A stretch of 64,000 nt of DNA from Polyangiaceae bacterium (GCA_044376115.1 JBILLK010000034.1:47596-111595), one strand, 5' to 3'. Shown: positions 27,037 to 37,196, numbered from the stretch's first letter. Numbers and translations are program-made. Notes: generated from the letters alone by a model not told the origin.

Positions 27037-27990
27037 GTGGGCATGCAGCTCGCCCTTACCTACCTGCTGATGTCGCTCGGCGCGTTCTCCTATGCGGGAG
27101 CGTCGGCGCTGTTCTTCTTGCAGGTCGCTCGCAAGGACGGCCGCGCGCCCCGTGCTTCTCGACCTGATCTAGGAGAGGCCAGTCGGCCGGGGCATCTTCG
27201 TGAGGCCGCTCCAGCGCTAGCTCCCCGGCTTTTGGCGGTAAGTTCGCTGCTGCACCTTGCTTACATAACGTCGGCAAGCTTCGTCACCCACACCTGTCCG
27301 GTCGGTTCTGTTCACTTCGTTCTCAGCTTGGTCGCCATTACGACTGGCTTCGGTTTCACGCTCGCGCGGGCTCGCGCCAGCGGGCCGCGAGAGAACATTG
27401 ACGCGCTCGGGCTGTTGGTTGGTCCGCTCGGTCTGGCCTTCCTCTTGGGGACCTTCTTTCTCGACAAGCCGTCGGTCAGCTCATCCATTGGCACCGTCTT
27501 TTTGGCGTTGCACGTGCTCGCCAACGTCATCGGTGTGGCGTTGTTCTTCCTCGCCGGGGCCGCCGCTGTTTTGTATCTGGTTCAGGAGCGGCGGCTGAAG
27601 CACAAGAAGCTCGCGCGAATTGGTGGGCTACCGCCGCTCGATACCTTGGATAGGGCGGTTCACCGCTTTCTCGTAATCGGCTTTCCGCTGCTTACCGTCG
27701 GCATTCTGTCTGGCACCTTCTGGGCTTATCAGCTCGAATCCGGCAGCACCGACGAGATCATGCGGATCGTATTTGGCTATGCGACCTGGCTTCTGATCGC
27801 GCTCGTGCTCTTGCTGCGCGTGGTTGCAGGTTGGCGCGGCAAACGTAGCGCGTACGGCACCTTGCTCGGGCTCACGTTTGCGATGGGCGTGATTGGCGTT
27901 TACGCACTTCGCACGACCCCCCCAGGCGAGGCCAAGCACACGAGGCTAACGGCCCCGTCCACCCCCGGGGATCGCGCCAATGTTCGTTAA
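27037..27990 (+). CDS. Cytochrome c biogenesis CcsA / HemX-like membrane protein
   Basis: About 8 TM segments; LH, LYL.QERRLK.K, LPPL..LD, GFPLLT.GI..G..W and GWRG.R motifs; directly upstream of hemA. Confidence 0.88.
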   Translation: MGMQLALTYLLMSLGAFSYAGASALFFLQVARKDGRAPRASRPDLGEASRPGHLREAAPALAPRLLAVSSLLHLAYITSASFVTHTCPVGSVHFVLSLVAITTGFGFTLARARASGPRENIDALGLLVGPLGLAFLLGTFFLDKPSVSSSIGTVFLALHVLANVIGVALFFLAGAAAVLYLVQERRLKHKKLARIGGLPPLDTLDRAVHRFLVIGFPLLTVGILSGTFWAYQLESGSTDEIMRIVFGYATWLLIALVLLLRVVAGWRGKRSAYGTLLGLTFAMGVIGVYALRTTPPGEAKHTRLTAPSTPGDRANVR

Positions 27991-29371
27991 CGTCGGCCTC
28001 TCCCATCGCACCGCGCCGGTTGAAGTGCGTGAGCAGATCGCTGTGCCCAAAGACAGCTTGCCCGAGTTCCTCGATGAGCTGGTCGAGAGCACCGGGCTGG
28101 GTGAGGCGGTCATCCTCTCGACGTGCAATCGGTTCGAGGTGTACGGCGCGCTTCCGCGCGGCGCTGCTTCGGATGCGCAGGCGCTGGCCCGGGTCAGCCA
28201 AGCAATCGCTGAGAGGATCGGGGCGCGCTCGAGCCGTGAGGTGATGCATTCGCTGCATCGCCGGGATGGCCAGGACGCGCTCCGGCACCTGTTTCGGGTG
28301 GCGAGCTCGCTAGACTCGTTGGTGGTGGGAGAACCGCAGATCCTCGGCCAGTTGAAGGAGGCCATCTCGACGGCCAGTGAACGTGGAAGGCTGGGCCAGG
28401 GGTTGGGCAAAGCGATGAGCCGCGCCTTGTTCGTTGGCAAGCGGGTGCGTTCGGAGACGCAGATTGGCGCCGGCCAAGTCTCCATCTCCAGCATGGCGGT
28501 CGATTTGGCCGTGCAGATCTTTGGTGATCTACGTGGCACCACCGCGTTGCTCGTGGGCGCCGGGGACATGGCCGAGAGCGCCGCAAAGCTGCTCGCGAAA
28601 GAGGGCGCCAAGCTCCTGGTGGTCAACCGCTCGCGCGAGCGTGCGGATAAATTGGCGGCGGAGGTTGCGGGGCAGCCCCGCGATTGGGGCGAACTCAATT
28701 GGTGTTTGATTGAGAGCGATATCGTCATCGCCTCCACCTCGAGCCCGACCTACGTGGTGACAGAGGCTGCCATCAAGACGGCCCGCAAGGCGCGCCGCGG
28801 GCGCAACCTGTTCCTGATTGATATTGCCGTCCCGCGCAACGTCGATCCGGCGATTGACTCTTACGACGGCGTCTATCTCTATGACATCGACGATCTCGAG
28901 CAGCAGGTCTCCGAGTCGATGTCGGGTCGCGCCGTTGAGGCGCAACGAGCCGAGGCCATCGTTGAGTCGGAGGTCGCACAATACCAAGCAAAGACCACCG
29001 AGCTAGCGATGAACCCGGCGATCGTCGGGCTACGGGCGCGCGTGCGCGCGACGCTCAACGCCGAGCTCGAACGCAGCCTGGGCGGCCGGCTCAAGCATCT
29101 CGCAGCAACGGATCGTGAAGCGCTCGTCGCCATGGTGGACGCAGCCACCAACAAGATCTGTCATCGCCCCACCGTGCGCCTGCGCGCGCTCGCGAATGAA
29201 GCGCGCGGGCGAGACATGGTCGAGGTATTGACGGACTTATTCGACCTCCCCTCCGAACTCGCGGGGGAGGTGCTTGCCTCTGAACAAGCGGGACCGTCCG
29301 TCCAACCCAGTGAACCCACGGAGGGCTCTGCCATTCGTGAGGTCCGCAGCAGCGCCGAGAAAAGCTCGTGA
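27980..29371 (+). CDS. hemA: Glutamyl-tRNA reductase
   Basis: GLSHRTAPVEVRE, LSTCNRFE, HLFRVASSLDSLVVGEPQILGQ, GAGDM and IDIAVPRNV motifs. Confidence 0.97.
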   Translation: MFVNVGLSHRTAPVEVREQIAVPKDSLPEFLDELVESTGLGEAVILSTCNRFEVYGALPRGAASDAQALARVSQAIAERIGARSSREVMHSLHRRDGQDALRHLFRVASSLDSLVVGEPQILGQLKEAISTASERGRLGQGLGKAMSRALFVGKRVRSETQIGAGQVSISSMAVDLAVQIFGDLRGTTALLVGAGDMAESAAKLLAKEGAKLLVVNRSRERADKLAAEVAGQPRDWGELNWCLIESDIVIASTSSPTYVVTEAAIKTARKARRGRNLFLIDIAVPRNVDPAIDSYDGVYLYDIDDLEQQVSESMSGRAVEAQRAEAIVESEVAQYQAKTTELAMNPAIVGLRARVRATLNAELERSLGGRLKHLAATDREALVAMVDAATNKICHRPTVRLRALANEARGRDMVEVLTDLFDLPSELAGEVLASEQAGPSVQPSEPTEGSAIREVRSSAEKSS

Positions 29372-30288
29372 ACGAACTTACCTATTGCACCCGAAAGAGC
29401 GCTCTCGCGCTCGCCCAATCCCGCGCCTTCGTCGAGACCGTCAAAGCTCGAGCGGCGGGCCCAAGTTTTACCGAGCTAACCCTAACCACCAGTGGGGATC
29501 GCTTCTTGAACCAACCGCTACAGGATATTGGCGGTAAGGGGCTATTCATCAAGGAGCTGGAGGAGGCACTGCTCGACGGCCGTGCCGACTTTGCGGTGCA
29601 TTCGATCAAGGATGTCCCCGCAGAACTCCACCCTGGTCTTGCACTGGTCTGCATCCCGGAGCGAGAAGATCCGCGTGACGCTCTGGTGAGTAAGTCGGGT
29701 GCTGGGCTGATGGAATTGCCGCATGGGGCGAGGGTAGGGACCTCCAGCTTGCGCCGCGCGTTATGCCTGCGGCAGGCCCGCCCCGATTTGCAGATTGAGC
29801 CTTTGCGGGGCAACGTGGATAGCCGGCTCAAGAAGGTGACCGAGGGACCGCTCGACGCGATCGTACTCGCCTATGCAGGGCTTCGGCGCCTGGGTCTTGG
29901 AGCGCAAGCGAGCGAGGTGCTCTCGGTCGACGTGATGCTGCCTGCCGTTGGGCAAGGTGCCCTCGGTATCGAGGCTCGCCAAGACGCGAGCGATTGTCAC
30001 CGGGTGCTCGGCCTCTGCAATGATCCGGCGACGAGCTTTTGCGTTCATGCCGAGCGGGCGGTGATGCTCGCGGTCGAGGGCAACTGTCGCATGCCGGTGG
30101 CGGCGCACGCGATCCGCGAGAATGACACCTTGCGCTTGGTCGCCTTGTTGGCCGATGCGGACGGTAGCAACCTGCGGCGCGCCGAGCGGACGATGCCTTG
30201 GCCGAGTCAGCTCGGCGAAGCGCAGCTCGCAGATGCTGCTGCAGTCGGTAGAGACCTCGGCCAAGAGCTCCGCGCTTTGCGCTCATGA
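29368..30288 (+). CDS. hemC: Hydroxymethylbilane synthase (porphobilinogen deaminase)
   Basis: TRKSALALAQ, GGKGLFIKELE, AVHSIKD, VGTSSLRR, LRGNVDSRL, PAVGQGAL and cofactor Cys in EGNC. Confidence 0.97.
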   Translation: MNELTYCTRKSALALAQSRAFVETVKARAAGPSFTELTLTTSGDRFLNQPLQDIGGKGLFIKELEEALLDGRADFAVHSIKDVPAELHPGLALVCIPEREDPRDALVSKSGAGLMELPHGARVGTSSLRRALCLRQARPDLQIEPLRGNVDSRLKKVTEGPLDAIVLAYAGLRRLGLGAQASEVLSVDVMLPAVGQGALGIEARQDASDCHRVLGLCNDPATSFCVHAERAVMLAVEGNCRMPVAAHAIRENDTLRLVALLADADGSNLRRAERTMPWPSQLGEAQLADAAAVGRDLGQELRALRS

Positions 30289-31883
30289 AGCGGACCTCGC
30301 AGCGCGGTACGCTCGCCGTCGTCCTTCACGCCCATTTGCCGTGGGTTTTGGAGGAAGCGTCGCTAAGCCCCAATTCACCAATCTCATTCGAGGAAGCTTG
30401 GCTGCACGAGGCGCTATGGGAGTGTTATCTGCCACTCGCGGCGTTGCTCGAACGCGTGCAGTCCCTCCGCGAGGCTAACCCGAACGTTGATGGCGGCGAG
30501 CGTACGCCATTTCTGTTGCTATCGCTCAGTCCCACCCTGCTCGCGATGCTGAAGAGCCCTGTGCTTGATGCACGTTTCGACCTCTACGTGCAGGGCGTAC
30601 GCGCTCAGCTCGCTGAACGGCGAAAGGCCGGCGCTTATCTATCTGCAGTGGCAGCCCACGAGGCGCGGCTCGAGTCTTCGTATGCCTATTGGCAAAAGAA
30701 TCATCGTGACCTGCTCGCGGCGCTTCTTCGCCTGAGGGACCGCGGAGCCATTGAGCTTGGCACTACGGCCGCAACCCACGGCTTTCTCCCTGGTTTGCTT
30801 ACCGCGGCCGGGGCTCGTGCGCAGATTCGCATTGGGTTGCGCTACTTCCGCGAGGTAACCGGCCGACACGCAAGCTTCTTCTGGCTCCCCGAATGTGGGT
30901 ACCACCCCAAGCTTCTCCCGCTGCTCGCCGACTCTGGCGCCTCCTCCACTGTCCTTGACACCCACGCTCTCGAATTGGGTGAACCGCGACCGCAACACGG
31001 GGCATTGCAGCCGGTTTTTGCGAACGAGCCGTTCGCCTTTTTCGGCCGGCATCGGGAGCTTTGCAGCGCGGTTTGGTCCCGAGAGGTCGGCTATCCGGGC
31101 GCGGCCGTCTATCGCGACTTTCACGCGCGGCCATCGGAAGCTACGCCGTTTGAATTGGCCTTCAAGCCCTACGCGGTGACGGGGCAGGGTGTAAAGGTCC
31201 CGTATGAAGCCGCGGTTGCGGAACATCATGCGGCCCGAGACGCCGTTGATTTCTTGCGCAAGGCGGCCCTCGTTCTCGAAGCCTCCGAGGCTCCACGGCC
31301 GATCGCGACCGTCGCATTTGACGCTGAGCTTTTTGGTCACTGGTGGTGGGAGGGGCCGCAGTTTCTTGCGGCGCTACTCGAGGCTGCCGTGCGGAAAGAT
31401 AGTGCAGTAGGCCTTGATACCCCCACCTCTTATCTGGCTACGGACCCACAGTTGGCGTTGTCCAATCCGGCGACTTCAACGTGGGGCCGCGGTGGTTTCT
31501 CCGAGGTGTGGTCGCATCCCCGGGTGAGCCATGCGCTGCGCTTGGTCCATCGGGCCGAGCGGATGATGCTGCAGGTGGATGCGCTCGTGCGTGACCGCCC
31601 AAGAACCGAGACGCAGCGTCGAGCTCGGCTACTGGCCATTCGAGATCTCTTCTTATTGCAGAGCTCCGACTTGCTGTTCATGTTGCGTACTGGGCAATCC
31701 CAACGCTTTGCGACAGCTCGCGTGCAAACGCTCGCTGCGCGTCTGGACACGCTGTTCGAGGTGGCGTTGCGGGAGCGGGAGTCGGCTTCAGACGGTAATG
31801 CCGTAGCAGCGCTTGAACCGCAGATTTCGCTCTTCGCAGAACTCGAAGAAGACGCCTTCGCCGATACCTTCGACCCATTTTGA
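30285..31883 (+). CDS. Glycoside hydrolase family 57, branching-enzyme type (DUF1957)
   Basis: LHAHLPW, E.WL.EA..ECYLPL, ATHGFLP, FWLPECGY (nucleophile) and FDAELFGHWWWEGP (acid/base). Confidence 0.88.
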   Translation: MKRTSQRGTLAVVLHAHLPWVLEEASLSPNSPISFEEAWLHEALWECYLPLAALLERVQSLREANPNVDGGERTPFLLLSLSPTLLAMLKSPVLDARFDLYVQGVRAQLAERRKAGAYLSAVAAHEARLESSYAYWQKNHRDLLAALLRLRDRGAIELGTTAATHGFLPGLLTAAGARAQIRIGLRYFREVTGRHASFFWLPECGYHPKLLPLLADSGASSTVLDTHALELGEPRPQHGALQPVFANEPFAFFGRHRELCSAVWSREVGYPGAAVYRDFHARPSEATPFELAFKPYAVTGQGVKVPYEAAVAEHHAARDAVDFLRKAALVLEASEAPRPIATVAFDAELFGHWWWEGPQFLAALLEAAVRKDSAVGLDTPTSYLATDPQLALSNPATSTWGRGGFSEVWSHPRVSHALRLVHRAERMMLQVDALVRDRPRTETQRRARLLAIRDLFLLQSSDLLFMLRTGQSQRFATARVQTLAARLDTLFEVALRERESASDGNAVAALEPQISLFAELEEDAFADTFDPF

Positions 31884-32989
31884 TGAAGCCAATGAGCAAC
31901 GTACAGCCGGCCATTGTTCCTGCGCTCCTCGTCGCGCTGTCGGCGGGCCTTAGCTGCGTGAACGGTGCCGCCACGGTAAAGACGGGAAGCGCCCCGCCCG
32001 TTTACGGCGGCTCAGTGGTCGGCGCTGCTTCGGAGCAGCCCTTGCTATTGCCAGCAAGCTTCGAGTCCGGCCTGATCGTGCTGCGGCCGGCGACAGAAGA
32101 TGGCGTGACTCTTACCATGCTCCTCGGCTCGACAGAGCGCTCTTTCGTGCGCGAGAGGAAGGCCAAGCAGCTGCTGCCAAGCCTTGATCAAGAGGCCACA
32201 TCGTTGATCCTTCCGAAGATGAGTTGGGACGCGTTCATCCCGCCCAGTCGAGGGGAGGAGGGCCGGGTTGAGATCGCCGAGCGGGTGGACATCGCGCAAT
32301 CGCTCCCACCCGAGATGGACGGGGTGCTCGGCACAGGGTTTCTTTATGACCAGACCCTGACCATCGACTTCGCCAATAAGCAACTGCTCCAGCGCCAGCC
32401 CGGAGAAGCACCCTTCGGCGACAGCTTCGAGCGCATCAACCTATTACCAAAACCTACCGCAGTCGTCGCAGAGGGTGAAAAGCCAGAGCGCCGCGTGTTC
32501 TTTCTTACGATCGCGATAGCGGGGCGTCCGTTCGAGATGTTGTTGGACCTAGCGGCTCGCCATCGGCTCACAGATGCGCAAGCGAGCGTGATGGGAGGCA
32601 AACCAGGAGGCCGTGCTGGCGCGTGCTTTCTTAGCCCGGCGATTTTTGATGAACTCCGCGCGGCCCATCCTGAGTGGCAAGGGATCGCTGCAGACGCCAC
32701 TTCAGCTGCGCCCGCCCTGCTCGTTCCCGATGTTCGCGTCGCTAATAAGCAGACAGGCCCAGCCTGGTTCCTTCGAGAAGGCGAGCGAGCCGTTGCGGTG
32801 AACGAAGAGGCCACGTCAGAACGGCCTGTCCAAGCTGGGCGCGTCAGTGGAGCGTGTCTCTCCAAGCTGGCCTTTACCGTCGACTTCCGCAGCGGCCTCG
32901 GCGTGGTGAACGCGCCCACGCTGGTGTCGGATCAGCCCATCGCTACTCCATCCAGCTCAGCTCCGTTGGCCGCCCCGATCGAACCTTGA
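31883..32989 (+). CDS. Hypothetical lipoprotein with a degenerate two-domain retropepsin-like fold
   Basis: Lipobox GLSC; DGVLG..FL....LTIDF and MLLDLAA resemble aspartyl-protease motifs but the DTG triad is absent. Start is uncertain (31880/31883/31892). Confidence 0.5.
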   Translation: MKPMSNVQPAIVPALLVALSAGLSCVNGAATVKTGSAPPVYGGSVVGAASEQPLLLPASFESGLIVLRPATEDGVTLTMLLGSTERSFVRERKAKQLLPSLDQEATSLILPKMSWDAFIPPSRGEEGRVEIAERVDIAQSLPPEMDGVLGTGFLYDQTLTIDFANKQLLQRQPGEAPFGDSFERINLLPKPTAVVAEGEKPERRVFFLTIAIAGRPFEMLLDLAARHRLTDAQASVMGGKPGGRAGACFLSPAIFDELRAAHPEWQGIAADATSAAPALLVPDVRVANKQTGPAWFLREGERAVAVNEEATSERPVQAGRVSGACLSKLAFTVDFRSGLGVVNAPTLVSDQPIATPSSSAPLAAPIEP

Positions 32990-33022
32990 GCGCTCTCCCC
33001 GATTGGTGTTAGGCCTTGGCGC

Positions 33023-33532
33023 ATGAACGTTCATGCCCTGCTCGTCACACAACCGATCAAGATGCTCAATGGCCTGTCTGCTTGGCTCGACAAGGCAAGC
33101 ACCTACGCGCAAGAGCGTAAGTTCGACGCGAACAACTTGCTGCAGAGTCGGCTCTTCCCCGACCAATTCCCGCTTGTTCGACAAATCCAGAGCGCCTGCG
33201 ATTCGGCGAAAGGCAACGCAGGCAGGCTCGCTGGTAAGGACCTTCCCAGTCACCCCGATACCGAGACCTCCATCGAGGAGCTGAAGGCGCGCATTGCAAC
33301 GTGTGTTGCCTTCCTAGAGTCGATCAAGGAGGAGGACTTCTCAAAGTTCGCCGAGCAGAAAATTTCGATGCCGTGGATGCAAGGCAAGCACTTCAAGGGA
33401 GACGAGTATCTTTCGCAGTTCGCGGTGCCGAATTTCTACTTCCACGTGACGACGAGCTACGCAATCCTCCGGCACAACGGCGTCCCCCTCGGCAAGCTCG
33501 ACTTCTTGGGCTCAATACCCATGTACGATTGA
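33023..33532 (+). CDS. DUF1993 family protein
   Basis: L..WLDKA, RL.PDQFPL..Q...ACD.AK and PNFYFHVTT.YAILRHNGV.LGK.DFLG motifs. Confidence 0.93.
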   Translation: MNVHALLVTQPIKMLNGLSAWLDKASTYAQERKFDANNLLQSRLFPDQFPLVRQIQSACDSAKGNAGRLAGKDLPSHPDTETSIEELKARIATCVAFLESIKEEDFSKFAEQKISMPWMQGKHFKGDEYLSQFAVPNFYFHVTTSYAILRHNGVPLGKLDFLGSIPMYD

Positions 33533-33547
33533 TCGCGTCATACTCCG

Positions 33548-34429
33548 CTACTTGGCATCAAAGCCAAGCGATAGCGCGGGAATGAAGCCAACCGCTATGC
33601 CGTCTTCGATCAGGATATTGGCTTCCCCGTTGGGCGTGACGTTGTCCACGACGAGGTACTTCTGACCAAACATTAGGCTTGCATCAAATGCCAGGGTGAA
33701 TTGCTTTCGGCGTGAAGGCTGCTGCTTTCCAAAGCCAACGCCGATACGAGCCTTGAGCCCTGGTAAGATGCCTGCGAATACCGAGGCGGTAACTCCGCTG
33801 GCGGCTTGCGTATCCACGTAAATGGATTCGCTCACGAAGCTGCCCCAAAGGATCTGCGGACCAGCTGCCACGAAGAAGACATCCGCGAACGTGGCCTCAA
33901 ACATGGCATTGAACGCCAAGGCCGCACCTAGAGAGATGGTGCCGCTGCCGCCGGTGTCGCTTACGCCTACGCCAAACCCGAGTCCGGCCATGGCCCCGAT
34001 CCCGCCATACGCAGCCAACATGTCATTGATTTGGTAGCCGAATCGACCTTCCGCTCCGAGCAGCACGATCGGACCAGGTAGAAACGCCCCCAGATTTCCG
34101 CTGACGCCGCCCCGGAAGCGCCCACCATTCTCTTCCGTGGGGTACTCGCCGAGCTCCTTGCGCTTCTTCTTCTTCTTCTTTTTCTTTCCCTTCGGCGCGG
34201 CTTCTTCCTCGTCTTCCTCGTCAGCGGCCTCGTCGGCTTCCCACTCTTCGTCCGAGCCGGGGATGGTTGCGGCGGGCTGCGTAGGCTGTGCGGGTTGCGC
34301 GGGCGCCTCTTCTGCGGCGGCAGGCACTGGGTCCGCCGACGATGCAGGCTGTGATGCTGCAGGTTGTGCAAACGTGGTCGACGCGACCGTCATCGTTCCA
34401 AGAACCAAAGCAATTCCCAAGCACCGCAT
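33548..34429 (-). CDS. Exported protein with acidic/poly-Lys linker and probable outer-membrane beta-barrel
   Basis: Signal peptide ending TFA; Ala/Pro-rich linker, acidic run, K8 run, then alternating Gly/aromatic beta-strands; SD GGAGG. Confidence 0.65.
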   Translation of the reverse strand: MRCLGIALVLGTMTVASTTFAQPAASQPASSADPVPAAAEEAPAQPAQPTQPAATIPGSDEEWEADEAADEEDEEEAAPKGKKKKKKKKRKELGEYPTEENGGRFRGGVSGNLGAFLPGPIVLLGAEGRFGYQINDMLAAYGGIGAMAGLGFGVGVSDTGGSGTISLGAALAFNAMFEATFADVFFVAAGPQILWGSFVSESIYVDTQAASGVTASVFAGILPGLKARIGVGFGKQQPSRRKQFTLAFDASLMFGQKYLVVDNVTPNGEANILIEDGIAVGFIPALSLGFDAK

Positions 34430-34559
34430 AGGGCCTCCAAGCGCAAGCGTTGGGTGAGCCTACGCACCCTGCGTTCGCTTCTCCCTGAAAACCGGCGACA
34501 GTTTCTTGCTTCGCTCGCCTCGATTGTCACACCCCGGCCCGACCCGGCGATGTGTCGTC

Positions 34560-35456
34560 ATGACCCCGCAAGAAGCCGCGCTCGAGCGGTCCCCGTTTGC
34601 AATCAGCCTATTACTTTGCCTGGGCGTCGGTGCGAGTTGTTCCTCGTCGCCCTCCACGAAAGAGGCAAGCTTGCTCTCTGCGCCGGCGACAATGGATGGC
34701 GATTCCGCGCCTCCCGCGGCTCACCAGCCGTCGACGCAGCTTCGCGTCGTCTCCTATAATCTCAACTACGGGCTCGCTCAGAATGGGGCCATTGATGCGT
34801 CTACGCTCGATCAGGTCCGACAGTTGGAGGCCGACATTGTCCTCTTGCAGGAAACCAACGACGAGTGGGCAAGGTCCATTCGCGAGGAGGTAGGCCAGAC
34901 CTATCCCTTCCAGCGGTATCAGCCCCCAGGTCGGTATATCGCTGGTGGGATAGGTGCCCTATCCAAGTATCCAATCTTGGCGGAGGAGGTGATTGACTCA
35001 CCGGTAAACTGGTTTCCTGCACAGCGGCTCGTAGTGGATGCGCCAGGTGGAGCGCTACAGATCCTGAATGTGCACTTGCGCCCAGCGATCTCCGAGAGCG
35101 GTAGTTGGGTGTCTGGCTATTTCACGACCGGCCCTCTCCGCGAAAAGGAGGCGAACGCCTATCAGCGAGTCCTCGATAAGGCGCTACCCACCTTGGTGGT
35201 CGGTGACTTCAACGAGGAGGATCGAGGCGCTGCGATAGGTGTCTTCGAGTCTTGGGGCCTGCGCAACGCGTTGCCTCAGCTCGGTTCTACCAAGACCACC
35301 TGGCGGTGGACGGCCTATAGTGTCCCGCTCGCTTTGCGGCTCGATCACATTCTGTACGACACGAGGCACTTTGAGCTCGTATCCGGGCAGGTGCTTGCGG
35401 GCGGTAACAGTGATCACTTGCCGGTAGAGGCCGTCTTTGTCCGTACGGCGCAATAG
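34560..35456 (+). CDS. Endonuclease/exonuclease/phosphatase family lipoprotein
   Basis: RVVSYNL, ADIVLLQE, LSKYPI, NVHL, VGDFN, RLDHI and SDHLPV motifs. Confidence 0.92.
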   Translation: MTPQEAALERSPFAISLLLCLGVGASCSSSPSTKEASLLSAPATMDGDSAPPAAHQPSTQLRVVSYNLNYGLAQNGAIDASTLDQVRQLEADIVLLQETNDEWARSIREEVGQTYPFQRYQPPGRYIAGGIGALSKYPILAEEVIDSPVNWFPAQRLVVDAPGGALQILNVHLRPAISESGSWVSGYFTTGPLREKEANAYQRVLDKALPTLVVGDFNEEDRGAAIGVFESWGLRNALPQLGSTKTTWRWTAYSVPLALRLDHILYDTRHFELVSGQVLAGGNSDHLPVEAVFVRTAQ

Positions 35457-35481
35457 TTCCTGGCGACATCTTGACGGAGTG

Positions 35482-35985
35482 TCAGCGCCCTGGCGGTAGA
35501 TGGCTCGAGCGGAGGCTAGGGGGAATACTAGGCCGCCGCGAAGGCTGCTGATGGCTCGAGCGGAAGTTCACGTGGTGTTCACTTTGCGCGGTCAGCCGCA
35601 GGATGTCGCGAGTGGTGAGGATTCCGACGAGCTCCCCTAGCTGGTCGACGATGGGCAAGCACGAGCAAGAGAGCTCAAGCATTCGGTGGGCGGCGGTGGC
35701 CACCGTCTCGTCCTCCTTGGCTGTAATCGGCCGCCGACTCATGAGCTGGTGGATGGGACGAGCCAGCGTTTGGACATCGATGGGCCGCTCGGCGAGCTTG
35801 GCCACAAATGGGCTGGTTGCACGCAGCAGATCGCGATCGGAGATCACGCCAATCATCTTGCGATCGTCGTCGAGTACCACCGCGTGATGAAAGCCATGGT
35901 GCTCAAACAGCCGAGTCACCGACTGAACCGTATCGTCCATCCCTACGGTCACGACGCGTGCGGACATCAAATCTCTTACCAACAT
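35482..35985 (-). CDS. CBS domain pair protein
   Basis: VRDLMS..V.TV, GVISDRDL and LPIVD..G.LVGILT.RDIL; SD GGAG. Confidence 0.92.
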   Translation of the reverse strand: MLVRDLMSARVVTVGMDDTVQSVTRLFEHHGFHHAVVLDDDRKMIGVISDRDLLRATSPFVAKLAERPIDVQTLARPIHQLMSRRPITAKEDETVATAAHRMLELSCSCLPIVDQLGELVGILTTRDILRLTAQSEHHVNFRSSHQQPSRRPSIPPSLRSSHLPPGR

Positions 35986-36028
35986 GTCTTGCTCCAGACC
36001 GCTGGTAGGCAGCTTCCGTGCCGGAGCC

Positions 36029-37111
36029 TCAAAACCCGCGTGTGCGCAGCTCTGCTACGATCGCGAGATAGAGCGCCTTGTGATCGAAGCCGTTCCCGAA
36101 GCCGGGGCCATCCCCAAAAATCTGCCCGATCTCGTCCAAGTGGTCCGCGGGTGCACAACCCCAGAACTCCCCTCGTTTTGCGTCGCGAACTCGCACCAGA
36201 CCGTCATTGGGTTCGTTGTCCGAGTCGAGCAAGGACTCACTTAGCCACAGCAGCGGATCCGTGGGATCGCGCTCGAGCTTCCAGCCCTCGAGCACGGGTA
36301 AGTTGAACTCGGCGGCGCAGGCTTGCCCGCCCAAGTGGTTGTCGGTACGGCCGGCGAGCGAGGCGTAGAAGACCCCTGGCGAATCGGGGTAACTCTCATT
36401 GAAGGCCTGGATGCCCGGCGTCGAAAATTGGTACAGCGCGTCCGAGACGCTCGTCTCCCCGTTAATCTGTTCGTAGAGCGGAGCGCCGATGGCATTGACG
36501 AGGTCATCAACCAGGCCTGCAGCATTGGGGTTGTCTACGATGCCTAACGCTATATCCGCGACAGGAGAGCCCTGATGGGGTGTTGCTACCGTGACCACCG
36601 CGGCAATTAGGTCTGGTCGCTCGTGCGCGACGTATCTCGCGTCGAGCCCACCCTGGGAGTGGGCGACGATAACCACTTTGGATTGGCCCGTCTCCGCCAG
36701 AATCTGCTCGATATGAGCGAGCAGTTGGGCGCCACGAACGGTCGAGCTGTTGAAGGGATCCACCGCGGGGGTAAAGATCTGCGGCTCACCAGCGAAGGCG
36801 AGCTCCTGCTTTACCTCAAAGAAGTAAGTAGCAAAGTCCACCCCGGCGAAGTCCTCAAATCCGAAGAACCCGTGGGCGAGCACAATCGGGTAGGGGCCCG
36901 TCGACGCTCCACCGCTTCCACTTGAGCTTCCGCCTCCACCCTGGCTCGGCCCGGTGCTCATCAACGTGCCGTTGCTGCCGCCAACTCCAGGCCCAACCGC
37001 ATCCGCACCCGTGGTCACGAACGGCTCTGATTCCGGCGACGAGGTCTCTTCAGCGCAGGCGGCTGCGAGCAGAAGGGTGAAGGCACGTGTCTGAACGGTA
37101 AACGACTTCAT
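36029..37111 (-). CDS. Triacylglycerol lipase (family I-like, alpha/beta hydrolase), lipoprotein
   Basis: YPIVLAHG, AHSQGGLD nucleophile elbow, ATPHQGS, NDGLV and DHLDEIGQ. Confidence 0.92.
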   Translation of the reverse strand: MKSFTVQTRAFTLLLAAACAEETSSPESEPFVTTGADAVGPGVGGSNGTLMSTGPSQGGGGSSSGSGGASTGPYPIVLAHGFFGFEDFAGVDFATYFFEVKQELAFAGEPQIFTPAVDPFNSSTVRGAQLLAHIEQILAETGQSKVVIVAHSQGGLDARYVAHERPDLIAAVVTVATPHQGSPVADIALGIVDNPNAAGLVDDLVNAIGAPLYEQINGETSVSDALYQFSTPGIQAFNESYPDSPGVFYASLAGRTDNHLGGQACAAEFNLPVLEGWKLERDPTDPLLWLSESLLDSDNEPNDGLVRVRDAKRGEFWGCAPADHLDEIGQIFGDGPGFGNGFDHKALYLAIVAELRTRGF

Positions 37112-37196
37112 CGACGCAAACCCTAGGGCTCGAAGGTGCGGCTCAGCCTAGCGTGGACTATGCTCCGCCCGTGAAGAATTTGCTGGGTATGTCGTC

